This document shows positions 1 through 12,501 of a DNA stretch of 64,000 nucleotides, in pieces. Position 1 is the first letter of the stretch. Each line of letters begins with the position of its first letter. Made by a program: the position numbers and the translations under genes. This DNA comes from Eledone cirrhosa (lineage: Eukaryota), in NCBI GenBank assembly GCA_964016885.1, contig OZ024744.1:54808001-54872000 (forward strand), given 5' to 3'. The notes beneath the pieces were generated by a model. The model did not search any database. It was given only the letters and a program-made list of their open reading frames with translations, and was not told where the DNA came from.

Positions 1-1350
1 CAACAGCTACTACAATAACAACAACAGCTACTACAATAACAACAACAGCTACTACAAAAACAACAACAGCTACAATAACAACAACAGCTACTACAATAAC
101 AACAACAGCTACTACAATAACAACAACAACAGCTACAATAACAACAACAGCTACTACAATAACAACAACAGCTACAATAACAACAACAGCTACAATAACA
201 ACAACAGCTACTACAATAACAACAACAGATACTACAACAACAACAACAGCTACTACAATAACAACAACAGCTACAATAACAACAACAGCTACAATAACAA
301 CAACAGCTACTACAATAACAACAACAGCTACAATAACAACAACAGCTACAATAACAACAACAGCTACTACAATAACAACAACAGATACTACAACAACAAC
401 AACAGCTACTACAATAACAACAGCAGCTACAATAACAACAACAGCTACTACAATAACAACAACAGCTACAATAACAACAACAGCTACAATAACAACAACA
501 GCTACTACAATAACAACAACAGCAACAACAATTACAACAGCTACAATAACAACAACAGCTACTACAATAACAACAACAGCTACAATAACAACAACAGATA
601 CTACAATAACAACAACAGCTACAATAACAACAACAGCTACTACAATAACAACAACAGCTACTACAACAACAACAACAGCTACAATAACAACAACAGCTAC
701 AATAACAACAACAGCTACTACAATAACAACAACAGCAACAACAATTACAACAGCTACAATAATAACAACTACAATAACAACAACAACAGCAACAATATCA
801 ACAACAACAACAACAACAATAACAACAACAACAACAGCAACAATAACAACACAACAGCAACTACAATGGCAACTACAACAGCAACAACAATTCAACAGCT
901 ACAATAACAACAACTACAATAACAACAACAACAGCAACAATAACAACAACAACAGCAACAATAACAACAGCAACTACAACAACAACAGCAACAATAACAA
1001 CAGCAACAATAACAACAGCAACTACAATAACAACAGCAACAATTCAACAGCTACAATAACAACTACAATAACAGCAACAACAACAGCAACAATAACAACA
1101 GCAACTACAACAACAACAGCAACAATAACAACAGCAACTACAACAACAACAGCAACAATAACAACAGCAACTACAATAACAACAGCAACAATAACAACAG
1201 CAACAATAACAACAGCAACAATAACAACAACAGCAACAACAACAACAACAATCACAACAATAACAACGACAACGACAATAACAGTAAAATCCTCAACAAC
1301 AACAATGATAATAACACTACAATAATCGACGACAACAGCAACAACACCAA
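1..1350. repeat. Degenerate (AAC/AAT/AGC/ACT) trinucleotide-based minisatellite with 18/21-bp higher-order units
   Basis: Units acaataacaacaacagct and acaataacaacaacagctact alternate to about 720 and then decay to acagcaacaataaca-type units. The Val-rich ORF 1022-1393 is a by-product. Confidence 0.95.
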
Positions 1351-1714
1351 GCATAGCAAATTGTAATATAGACTTGAACGAAGAGTGAAACACTAATTGT
1401 CTTTGACATAAATGTTAATTGAGGCGGTAATTAGCCCTTATAATTACGTCAAATATTATATCTAATTGTTGGAAGGTAATTAATCTTAAATGAGAGGAAA
1501 ATGATGTATTTATATCCTTCTGATATCCGGATATATTGATATACCGTGTCGTCATTAGTGAGACGGTCTTTGGATAAGTTCCAGAAAGCTCTTGTCTGCC
1601 GGCTGTGGTGTGCAGAGCTGTTTTGTTGTTGATTTTATTGTTATGCTCGGAGCCAAGTGCTTGATTGTAAGCACTCTAAAACTCATATATAGAGAAATGT
1701 GAACAAAGAAGATA

Positions 1715-2030
1715 CAGTTATTTCTCCGGTATTCGCAAGGTTTACGTTCTTAGAGCACCTGAAAAAGAAAGAAAAACCGCGAATATTGGACGTGGTCCAT
1801 AAAAAAGCCTATAAATGTCAAAATACAGCGTAAAATAAAGGCCGGCAAATACGGTTTTTAATTTATCGTTAAAAAGCGTGAAAAATATATATTGCCACGA
1901 AAAAAAGCCATTAAAAAATCGCAGAAGATATTAGGATTCCGTGAATATGCGGTGGTTTCCACGACAATTATTAGTTAAGTTCTAAGGAAAAAACCGCGAA
2001 TAACCGGTACTGCGAATTTGAAATATACTG
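1715..2030. mobile_element. Tigger/pogo-like MITE (degenerate)
   Basis: TA|CAGT...ACTG|TA termini and imperfect TIR (ccggtattcgc vs gcgaataaccgg), with internal ccgcgaata repeats. Confidence 0.55.
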
Positions 2031-2344
2031 TATTTTAAATATGTAAAAAAAATTGTATATTTTTTTTAATGAAACATGAAATTAACACTTCAAATCAGCC
2101 ACATAAGTTTTGTCGGAGCAAAGGCATAACATTTCAAATGAATAAATTTCTCTCCGGGTAGAAAAACTGGGCTCGCATTTTGGATAGGCGCTTGAGAAAT
2201 CTAAGTTGGCGATGCTCAGTAGCCGTATTAAATGGAGATCTCTGTATGACTTTTTGGTCGGATGTTCCAACCACCACCCCTGATATAGATGACCGGAGCA
2301 TATCGAATCTTCTGCCTCACTCTCTGCGCGTAACTACCTGGCGG

Positions 2345-2785
2345 TACCACTGAGTGGCATCAGAAGTGTCATCAGCCGCGCCTGTCCGAAATGTACATAG
2401 AGCGACGAAACCAACCTACATACACTCGTCCAGTGCCTGAGCATTGCTGACTTGTGGAATTATGTCAAACGTCTGCCATCACATAAAGGACGAGTACGGT
2501 TATCAGCTGAGTCTATTGTAAAGATAGTCGTGCCACCTTACTTTGGTTAAGGAGAGTAGACATGTTCTATCTGAATAGTGGCCATAGTGAAAGAAGTTGT
2601 GTGGTGGATGAGACTGAAAGGGTTAAAGACAAACACTGTGCCCTCTGGTCAAGCTCTCAAAGACGTTTTCAAGTTTTTCTTGAGAAGGAAATTAAAGGTG
2701 GAGAGAGAGGTGTTACCTTCCAGCAAACAGCGATGTCATCCGGTGAAAGATGTCATATCCACCACCATTGAAAAGTGGATGGCCA
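2345..2785 (+). mobile_element. Degenerate 3' fragment of Tx1/L1-clade LINE ORF2 (zf-RVT region)
   Basis: SRACPKC...ETNLHTLVQC and [14 protein letters not shown]...[14 protein letters not shown] match the C-termini of the Tx1 copies at 24000-24308 and 25780-26196. Stops are present. Confidence 0.85.
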
Positions 2786-2787
2786 AA

Positions 2788-3192
<405 letters not shown>

Positions 3193-3767
3193 TCTAAGGC
3201 GAGTAAAATTCCCGAGATCCATGGACGAGTTCTCTCCAGCGGTCTCTGTCCCTCATTATCGCTGCCATGTCCTGCGTCTCCAACAGACCAGTGTCTGTCC
3301 TTAGGGCATCAACATACGTTAACCTTGGTCTTCCTCTTCTAGTGTGTCCATGTAGGGGCGACCAAAGGAGAATTGCCGCTAGAATTGGTTGAGGGCTTCC
3401 TGTATTTGGGAGCAAAGATTGGGAATACGGAAGATGATGTGGTTGAGAGGAAGAGCAAAGCCTGGGTGGCGTGCCACAGCTTGAGATCGGTGTGGAAGTC
3501 GGACCTTCGTAAAGACCTGAAAATCCGCCTCTTCATTGCTGTAGTGGAGTCTGTGTTGCTGTATGGGTCTGAGACTTACACGGACCAAGAAACTCACTCA
3601 GATGGTGGATGGGTGCTACACGAGAATGCTGAGGATGGCTCTGAACATTAATCAGTATACACTGAGGATGAAAAACTCAGAGCTGTATGGGAGCATCCCA
3701 AAAGTCACCTCAAAAGTGACACAGAGGAGACTGAGGTTAGCTGGACATGCTCACCGACATCCAGAGT

Positions 3768-3770
<3 letters not shown>
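3193..3770 (-). mobile_element. 5'-truncated, 5'-inverted RTE-clade LINE insertion
   Basis: 3193-3359 (-) encodes the RTE C-terminus [20 protein letters not shown]...DRDRWRELV. 3360-3770 (+) encodes the upstream part FLYLGAKI...VESVLLYGSET...RRLRLAGHAHRHPEL. The colinear copy at 61670-61890 gives the native order. Confidence 0.88.
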
Positions 3771-3807
<37 letters not shown>

Positions 3808-3842
3808 ATACTTTGGGAGGGTCATGTTGCCAATAAGAAACG

Positions 3843-3884
<42 letters not shown>

Positions 3885-3887
<3 letters not shown>

Positions 3888-5340
3888 GAAAAATTGAACG
3901 GGAACAAAACAGAGAGGCAGTACAACAAATGTTTATTAATTTCACGCTCTTGAGAGTGGGGTGGTGGTGAGGAACGACGTTTCGGGCATAAGCCCTTCTT
4001 CAGGTGAAAAGTGTGTGGGAAGAGAGTTCAAAGGGTGTGTTGGGGAGTGGTGGAGAGACATATAGCAAAAGGGGGTGAGAGGAAACGGTGCAAATGAAAT
4101 TAAAAATAAAGGCATGATCAAAAATCAAATTAAAATGGGGTAAAACAGGTGGTGGAAGGGTGTGGGTCGTGTAGGGGTGGTGGCGGGTGGAGTGGAGAGA
4201 GGGAGACGGGGTGTCCGAGCGGGGAGGGCTGAAGGTGGTGTGTGTGTGTAGGTGTACGTGTGTGTGTGTGTGTGTATGTGAAAGCAACGGTTGGGGGAAG
4301 AACGGGGTTGCATGTTCAGGAAGAGGTGTGTGTGGGGTGGGGTGTAGGTCGGAGTGTGTGTGCGTGTGTGGATAGAGGGGTGGGGGAGAGGAATCCGGAG
4401 GCTGAATGTGTAAATATGTGGTGGTACGCACGTGTGTATGTGGTGTTTAAGCGTGTTGTGGGTGTAGGTGGCGTGTGGGAAAAAAATTATTTTTGGGTGT
4501 GTGCGTGGGTGAGTCATAAAGGTGATTCCGTAAGAAGATGTGGTGGGATGCTTGGTAAAATCCTTGGATGTGGTGGATTCCGGGATCAAGGTTCACATAC
4601 GTGTAATCCGTGAAGAGATTGGTCGGAAGAGGGGACTACACCATCTTTAATAAGAACACACCTACTCCACTACACCTAACCTAGCTAGGAATATAGCCAA
4701 TCATAATTCTAAAACATTAAATAAGCCAACCACCTCCGAACCCAATCCTCGGACTGGGGCCTTGTGTAATTGCCTAAATAAGGAAGCCTGCCCACTTGAA
4801 AACAAATGCCTCACAAATGATATCCTATACAAATGCGATGTCATCTCAGGCACCGATGATTGCAACAACAAAAAGGTTTACATCGGCATGACTTCCAATA
4901 ACTTTAAGACCCGGTGGTATGCCCATACTCACTCCTTCGGAAGACCGGACAAATCAAATCAGACAACACTCGCCTCCTATGTTTGGGACCTCAAAAGGAA
5001 CTCCACCCCCTTCACGCTTAAATGGAAAATACTCCAGAAAGCGCGCTCTTACAACGGAGGACACAAGTGCTGCGACCTTTGTATCTCAAGAGCTACGAAA
5101 TTTTATTCGCCAAGCGCCCGCTACTGAACAAACTCTCTGAACAGTGCCCGAACTGCATGCACAAAAACTTTGCAACTTTCAAATACCTTAAGCCAGTGTT
5201 AATGCCCGATGGCTAAAAACGACTTCCCCTTTTTTTTTTCTTTTTAAACGCCAGCCGAGAAAATAGCCCCTCTACCTCCTTCCCACCCACAGGTGGGGTG
5301 GGAACGAGGTAGAGGGGCCCACCTGTAGACCTGTTTTTAT
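3885..5340 (+). mobile_element. Penelope-like element 3' remnant (GIY-YIG endonuclease) with probable inverted pLTR/tail upstream
   Basis: ORF 4762-5127 reads CNC..CPLENKC..ILYKC..VYIGMTSNNFKTRWYAH..WKIL..CDLC, a typical PLE GIY-YIG. A minus-strand HHR lies at 3971-4010. Confidence 0.85.
3971..4010 (-). ncRNA. Minimal hammerhead ribozyme (PLE type)
   Basis: Minus strand: CUGAAGA-A-GGGC-UUAU-GCCC-GAAA-CG-UC with palindromic ACGU stem III. Stem I is weak. Confidence 0.7.
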
Positions 5341-5607
5341 GTGCCTGTGTGAATGCGTATATTTATGAGTACATGTTTGTATGTATTTGTATGAGTGGCC
5401 GTTCGTTTGTATGCATATCGCTGTGTGTACGTGCGTTCATATGTACCTGCATGTATATATATATATATGTATATATGTGGGTATATGTATATGTATGTGT
5501 ATATATTTATATGTATGTATGTATGTATATATATATGTGTGTGTGTATGTATGTGTATAAGTGTGAGTATATGTATATATATATGTGTGTATATATATAT
5601 ATATATA

Positions 5608-5638
<31 letters not shown>

Positions 5639-5694
5639 GTATATATATATTTGTATATATGTATATGTGTGTGTATATATATGTATGTGAGTGC

Positions 5695-5752
<58 letters not shown>

Positions 5753-5782
5753 GTACACACACATATATATATTTATGTATAT

Positions 5783-5834
<52 letters not shown>

Positions 5835-5900
5835 ATATATATATATGTATATGTGTGTGCGTGTATGTGTGTATATATATATATATATTTTATATATATA

Positions 5901-5944
<44 letters not shown>

Positions 5945-5973
5945 GTATATATATATATATGTATATATATATA

Positions 5974-6004
<31 letters not shown>

Positions 6005-6152
6005 TTGTGTATGTGTGTTTATGTATTTTGTATATGTTTATATATGTGTATATCTGTAGATGTGTTTGTATGTTTGTATATGTGTATATTTATTTATATA
6101 TATATATATACGTGTGTATATATATGTATATATGTGTGTGTATATGTGTATA

Positions 6153-6239
<87 letters not shown>

Positions 6240-6272
6240 TTAAATATGTATATATATGTATATATATGTGTG

Positions 6273-6309
<37 letters not shown>

Positions 6310-6328
6310 ATATATGTATGTATATATA

Positions 6329-6389
<61 letters not shown>

Positions 6390-6508
6390 ATATGTATATA
6401 TATATATATGTATATATATGTATGTATATATATATATATGTATATATGTGTCTATATATGTATGTGTATATATATATATGTATATATGTATATAAATATA
6501 TATATATA
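5340..6508. repeat. Long compound (AT)n/(GT)n microsatellite
   Basis: Direct reading. Confidence 0.97.
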
Positions 6509-7497
6509 CTAGCAGTAAAGCCCGGCGTTGCTCGGGGTCGCTCAGTAGCTGTGTTAAAGTTACAATGTTAAGTTTCTTTCTTGGCTTAAAAACTGTAGTG
6601 TCTACTGTGCAGAGTTGCATGTGGTGTTTTTGATTAATATTCCCTCAACCAACAATATGCCTTATGAAGTTAAGAAAACATAACGATAACCCGAATGTTA
6701 TAACAAAAGAGGATGCTGGGGATAGAAACTGCACTGGTTATTTATTAACAAAGATCGAAAATGTAAACACTGCAACGCAGAGAAAAACATTAGCGTAACC
6801 AAATTATCAGTTATGTCTGTCTGCACGCCTATATCACCTCTCTGCACGACTGTCTGTCTGCACGCCTATATCACCTCTCTGCACGACTGTCTGTCTGCAC
6901 GCCTATATCACCTCTCTGCACGACTATCTGTCTGCACGCCTATATCACCTCTCTGCACGACTATCTGTCTGCACGCGTATATCACCTCTCTGCACGACTG
7001 TCTGTCTGCACGACTGTCTGTCTGCACGCCTAACGACGAAATATTTGCTTGTTTTACGTAGTCTTTAAATAGACTTGTTTTCAAGTAAAAATATTGTTTT
7101 AAAATGCTTTTAAATGGAAATGAAGCAAAACGGAAGCTTAGTGTTCGAACTGATGAATTTTGCAGGTCAATATTTTGCTGGCTCGACAACTGTCTGTTCG
7201 TGTATTGTGTTAATGTCATTTTAAACGCTGAGAAAGCCAGCGTAATTTTTTACGTAAGACGCTCAATGTAAACAGAACAAAGGGAAATAACTGATAACTT
7301 ACGCTCAAAAATCGATACATTATATTCGATTTCGTCACATAGGGTGGGTCAATTTGAAATATTTTTTTTCCGATGTCTTCGCTAGGGCTCAATGTACAAG
7401 TATAGCAATTTCGGTGCAATTCCGTGAGAGATTCTAAGAGGAGATGTGTGCCAAAAATCGATAGACAGACAGACAACCACAGTTTTATATATATAGA
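6509..7497 (-). mobile_element. Non-autonomous Helitron
   Basis: Minus strand begins A|TCTATATATATAAAACTG..(TCTG)n at 7497 and ends with the hairpin cccgagcaacgccggg + CTAG|T at 6509. Inserted at an A|T site. Confidence 0.85.
6813..7031. repeat. 37-bp minisatellite inside Helitron
   Basis: Unit ctgtctgtctgcacgcctatatcacctctctgcacga with period 37 (gcct at 6827, 6864, 6901); about 5.5 copies. Confidence 0.9.
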
Positions 7498-7677
7498 TAT
7501 ATGTATATAAACAATATATTGAAAAACACACAGATACATGCGGACACACACATATACATGAATATATCCACATCCATCCTTGAGTTAATGGTGCCAACCT
7601 TAACCGATGTTGCTCTATGAATAACTGGGACAAACCAATCCGAATGGATTAGACTGAACCAGTATCAGAGCTAAAAG

Positions 7678-7879
7678 TACATTATGAAGAGAGAAGAAAC
7701 ATTTAGATATAATTAGTAATAAGATAAGTCGGCAGACCTCGCAAAGGCTCTATATCTCTATGATGTATTGTTTTTGTTTATGCCACGAAACTACGTAGTC
7801 GAGAAATCTAGAAGCAGTTTAGGTATGATACATCTTATTACTAATTATATCTAAATGTTTCTTCTCTCTTCATAATGTA
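7678..7879. mobile_element. Fold-back mini-element: perfect 48-bp inverted repeat around a degenerate HHR
   Basis: 7678-7725 is the reverse complement of 7832-7879. The loop contains tctc...GAAA-CUACGUAG-UC-gaga (7787-7804) with a damaged CUGAUGA. Confidence 0.7.
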
Positions 7880-7936
<57 letters not shown>

Positions 7937-8183
7937 TTGTGAGGTTTTTTATATAAAATCGTGTGTCGAAACAAATATTGTTATACTTGGGGAGGGTCAT
8001 ATTTGTGTAATATTGCCAGAATTAATAACAGAACACACTCACTGTTAGGTTGGTTTTCGCTTTTCGCTTCTGTGTCTTTTATATCGGTAATCTAATATAC
8101 TCGGTCCTCAATGTTCCCATTGACTGACCGACGGTCAAAAATAATACAGATAGAATATAGACACAAACACATATATATAGTTT

Positions 8184-8226
8184 ATCATAAATCTTTCGTT
8201 GCACATCTGCAACATCGTCAGTGGTG
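8184..8226 (-). ncRNA. Minimal hammerhead ribozyme in PLE pLTR
   Basis: Minus strand: CUGACGA-U-GUUGCA-GAUG-UGCAAC-GAAA-GAUU-UA. Stem I consensus uauca/ugaua emerges when combined with the homologous copy at 37118-37162. Confidence 0.65.
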
Positions 8227-8672
8227 CTATTGTTTCCTCCTGTTGAATTGTATGGCTACGCCATTTTTATTCAGTCTGTCTATATATTTATTTATTTATT
8301 TGCTTGTTTGTTTATTTTATTTTGTCTTCTTTGCGCATGCGTTTGCGTGTGTGTATAGTGTTTTGTTTGATATATGATGTGTGTTCGTGATTGGGTGACT
8401 AATGTGTGTTTATGTGTTTCTTGTTATTGTGCTTGTGTATGTATTTATTTATTTATTTATTTATTTTATTTTATTTTATTTTATTTTATTTACTTATTTA
8501 TACTTCTCTTAGGTCAGTGTTGTTTGTTTGGGTGTTGTTGTTATTCCATTCATTCTTTCTGTTTAGTCTTGGTCTTCTAAGTTCTATTTCACTGGCCTCT
8601 CTGATTTGCCTATCTGCTGGGTCATTTCTATGTTTAGATATTATTCTAATTTCTATGTTGTCTATGTTACCG

Positions 8673-11628
8673 TCATGTTGTTGTCTGGCATATTCGTATA
8701 GTACTGACCCGTTTTTTTCGTCCTTTTAGTTCCCCCCAGTGTTGGTCTATCCTTTCACCTATGCTACGAGCTGTCTCACCTATGCATGTTGTTGTCATGT
8801 TTCTGCAGGTACCCTCTGTACATCTTATGCTATAGACTACATTTCTAGTTTTACAGTTTATCCGGGGGTTTACCTTACATATGATACATTTCCTATTGGT
8901 ACAGTGGGTTTTCTTAAAAGGGTAGGTTTTGTTGATCAGGGATTTTATGGTGGTTCCTGGCTTTTCTACCACCTTAATTTTTAAGTGGGTCTTTCTCATG
9001 GCCTTTCTACACTGGTTAGCTAATTTCCCTCCAGGGGTAGCGTCCACACACATGACACTCTGGTATCTCTGGTTGTCGTACCATGAGGTGGCTTTCCCTA
9101 TCTTATGTCTAGCCCTATTTAAGCTATTCCATGATTTGCTCCTGTATAATGGGCAAATTCCTTTCATGTCCAGTTCTATGAGGGTCTTATACTTCTCCAT
9201 GGCTCCTTCGTATACTCTGACTCTGTCTCTTTGGTTGTAGCCAGAGAACTGCATGCGGTTGAGGAAGTGTTGGATGTGTCTTTCCATTTCTGTTGGGTCG
9301 CTCATGTGGGACACATTCTTCATCACTCGTACCAAATCTGCGATCAGAATATTAAACTTAGCACTACTGGACATTGCTGAGTTTTTGAGTATCAGGTATT
9401 TGGAGGCCATGGGTTTAGCATAGTGTGAGTGGAGAATTTGGGCTCTCTCGTCTATAGTGTTAATCCAGAGTTCTGTGTCTAATACGGGTAGTCTATTGTT
9501 AGGGTGTTTGGAAGGGAAGTCGATAGTTACAGTTATACTCTGGTGTATGGAATTAGCTATCTGCTGGATGCTTTCCATTGTGCTACGTTTTAAATCAAAC
9601 TTTTTAGTGCTCTCTAGTGGGGATGTTCTTATAACTATATTGATATCGTCTACATAACGAGAGTACATGATGAGGTCTATGGAGCTCTCATTAAGGAGAT
9701 CTTTAAGTCTCCTTTCCCACCATACCATGAAAAGGTTGGCAACATCACCAGCTATGCTGACGCCAATGGCTGCTCCTTCATTTTGGGTGTAGATCTCGTT
9801 GAACTTAAATATGTGGCCCTTGAGGGTAGTTTTGATACTAGCCCCTATTGCATGTGCGACCATTATTCTTACCTGATCATTGTTTTGGGGGGTCCGTATA
9901 GCTTTGGTCCACCCAATCCACCTTCCCATGGGAGTCTTTTTTGCCATTGAGGTTATGGTGGGGGGTCTACCTCTTATAGGTCTACTAGGGCAGAAACATC
10001 TAAGGTCATGGCTGTCTAGGTAGTCAGTGTCGTAGGTAAGTCTAAGTAGGAGGCCCAGTTCGTCTGTGTCGACGTCGCAGAACTCCACCTCACTCTCAAT
10101 GATCATCTCCACACATTTTTTCACAGCAAAATCAATGTTAATGGATGGGTACAGTGACACCACATCCATGCTGCATATTATGCAGTTGGATAGGTTCCTG
10201 TTTTTGTTGCACTCACTGATTCTGCTGAGGAGGTCCTCTGTACTGTCACATACATCCGGGGACATCTTGATTATGGGGCGCATAACCACTGAGAGGAAGT
10301 AGGAGATCCTGTAGTTACTAGCTATATTAGCTCCGCATACGGGTCTTGTTGGTGGTCCTGTTGTCGGGTCGTCGACTGTCTTGTGGTCTTTGCGGAGCCC
10401 ATACAAGGGTGGTATGCCATTGTTAGACGCCTGGAAGTTGTTGGTAGTGCGTCTGCTTGGCTTTAGAATGTCAGTCCACATCATCATGTGAGCTTTGAGG
10501 ATTTTCTCTCTCCCATCGTGTGTTTGTTGTGCAATTTCGCTCGTGTCGGTGATGTGGGGTTGCATAGCCTTGATGTAGTTCGGCATGCTATCTATTGACA
10601 TCCTACCAGACTTATCCGTGGGTAGACATACTACCTCACCACCCCCTGTGCGCTGCTTGAGGCTAACCAGGCCTTCTACAGGTTTCCTCCCAAGTTGTTG
10701 GGCCTCTGGTCTGCTCTGTCTCTCAATATACCTGTCTACTATTTGTCTAATCTTATTTCTAGCTATGGTGAACTGTGCCTCTGTCTCGTCATCTATTTGT
10801 TGTGGTATGCAAACCCTTTTATTAAAGGGTAACCTCGTAGAATAGATATTACCCATCTTATATGTTTTGTCAGCTGGGTTGAAAAATAGTTTCTCTAAGG
10901 GGTTGTCATTATATCTATCGTCATAGTTGACTTTGCCTTTCATCCTTACGGGGTCGATAAAATAAAGTACCAGTAATGCACTGGGTAATTGCTGGCCTTG
11001 TGCCTAAAGTAGAAACAATTATATCTATCGTCATAGTTGTGAGTGTTGCTATTATTGTTATCATGGTGGTTGTTGTTGTTCCTATCATTAGCATTATTAT
11101 TATTGTTATGATTGCTAGATGTATTGTTGTTTACTTCACCGTTATTGTTGTTGTTACTGCTATTTCTACCATTGTGGTTGTTACTTTTACTATGTTTCTT
11201 GTTTTTGTTGTGTCTATCATTAATGTTGCTACATGTATTATTTCCATTATTACCACTGTGGTTATTGTTGTTGTTGTTCGTATTGTTACCGTTATTACTA
11301 CTGTGGTTGCTGCTGCTGTGTCTGTGGTTAATGTTTCTATTATTATTATTATTGTGGTTGTTGTTGTTCTGTCTATCGTTAGTATTATTACCATTATTAC
11401 TATTTCTCACTTTCCTGCTATTGTTATTGTTATGGCTGTTATTTCTATACTCAGAGTTATTGTTTATATTACTACTACCGTTATTATTGTTGTTGTTGTT
11501 GTTGTTTACCTTTGCATTCCAACGTATTTTTGTGAAACACTTTTCCAGCTTCGTTTTGCACTCCATAGGGTTAATCTTTTTGTAGATGGCAAATTTTGGT
11601 GGTAGCTGCAGGATTTGTTGTTCTTGTT
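8673..11628 (-). pseudogene. PLE reverse transcriptase/GIY-YIG endonuclease ORF interrupted by a SINE
   Basis: Motifs PTDKSG, PPLYGLRKDHK, SMDVVSLYPSI, GAAIG..ANLFM, YSRYVDDI and NVVYSIRC..CIGETAR (YIG>CIG). Removing the 110-bp SINE+TSD joins ORFs 10946-11566 and 8673-10943 in frame at the shared NYDDRYN. Confidence 0.92.
10926..11020 (+). mobile_element. 5'-truncated tRNA-derived SINE with 22-bp TSD
   Basis: Matches the SINE 3' half (ctttgcctttcatccttacggggtcgataaaataaagtaccagt...gtagaaacaatt). TSD attatatctatcgtcatagttg at 10908-10929 and 11018-11039. Confidence 0.92.
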
Positions 11629-11859
11629 CAGATGTGCAACGAAAGATTTATGATAAACTATATATATGTGTTTGTGTCTATATTGTATCTGTATTATTTT
11701 TGACCGTCGGTCAGTCAATGGCAACATTGAGGACCGAGTATATTAGATTACCGATATAAAAGACACAGAAGCGAAAAGCGAAAGCCAACCAAACAGTGAG
11801 TGTGTTCTGTTATGAATTCTGGCTATATTACACAAATATGACCCTCCCCAAGTATAACA

Positions 11860-11970
<111 letters not shown>

Positions 11971-11979
11971 TGTCTGTTG

Positions 11980-12340
11980 ACACCTGGAATATAGCTTAAG
12001 AGAAACAACAATAATGATATGACAGGCACCCAATACTTTGAACCGGTTTATAGAATTCTCTTGGCCTTTGTCACTGTAAGAGCTTTAAAGAATTAGCTTT
12101 TAAAGAATTTCCATTTTCTTTAAATCCATCAACCATGACCGACCCCCAACCATCTTATAGACACCTGAAATATATTAGCTTAAGAGAAACTTAAAAATAA
12201 GGAGTGCCACTCCAATTTGAACTTGTTTATAGAATTCTTTCTGCCTTTGTCACTCTAAATATGAAGTATAGCCTTAAAGAATTAGCTTTTAATGAATTCC
12301 CTTTTCTTTCAACCAATGACCTCCACCCATCCCACTCCCC
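11980..12340. repeat. Two diverged tandem copies of a ~180-bp unclassified repeat
   Basis: gacacctg(g/a)aatat..agcttaagagaaac...tatagaattct...cctttgtcact...aagaattagcttttaa occurs at ~11980 and ~12160. Confidence 0.7.
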
Positions 12341-12501
12341 ACCCTCTCCTACCACCTGAAAAGATATAAATAGCACAACATACCAAAGATGTCCCATGGA
12401 AATTAGACGTGCGTCTATTATACATCAATTATTTGGATACCCGTTTCTATTATACCAAATTGGGTGGGGCGTTGTGTGCTTAAGCTAGGTGCTTTATTTC
12501 A

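Noticed and set aside
6813-7031. 37-bp repeat as a CRISPR array
   Set aside because: Units are contiguous with no unique spacers, the context is eukaryotic and there are no cas genes.
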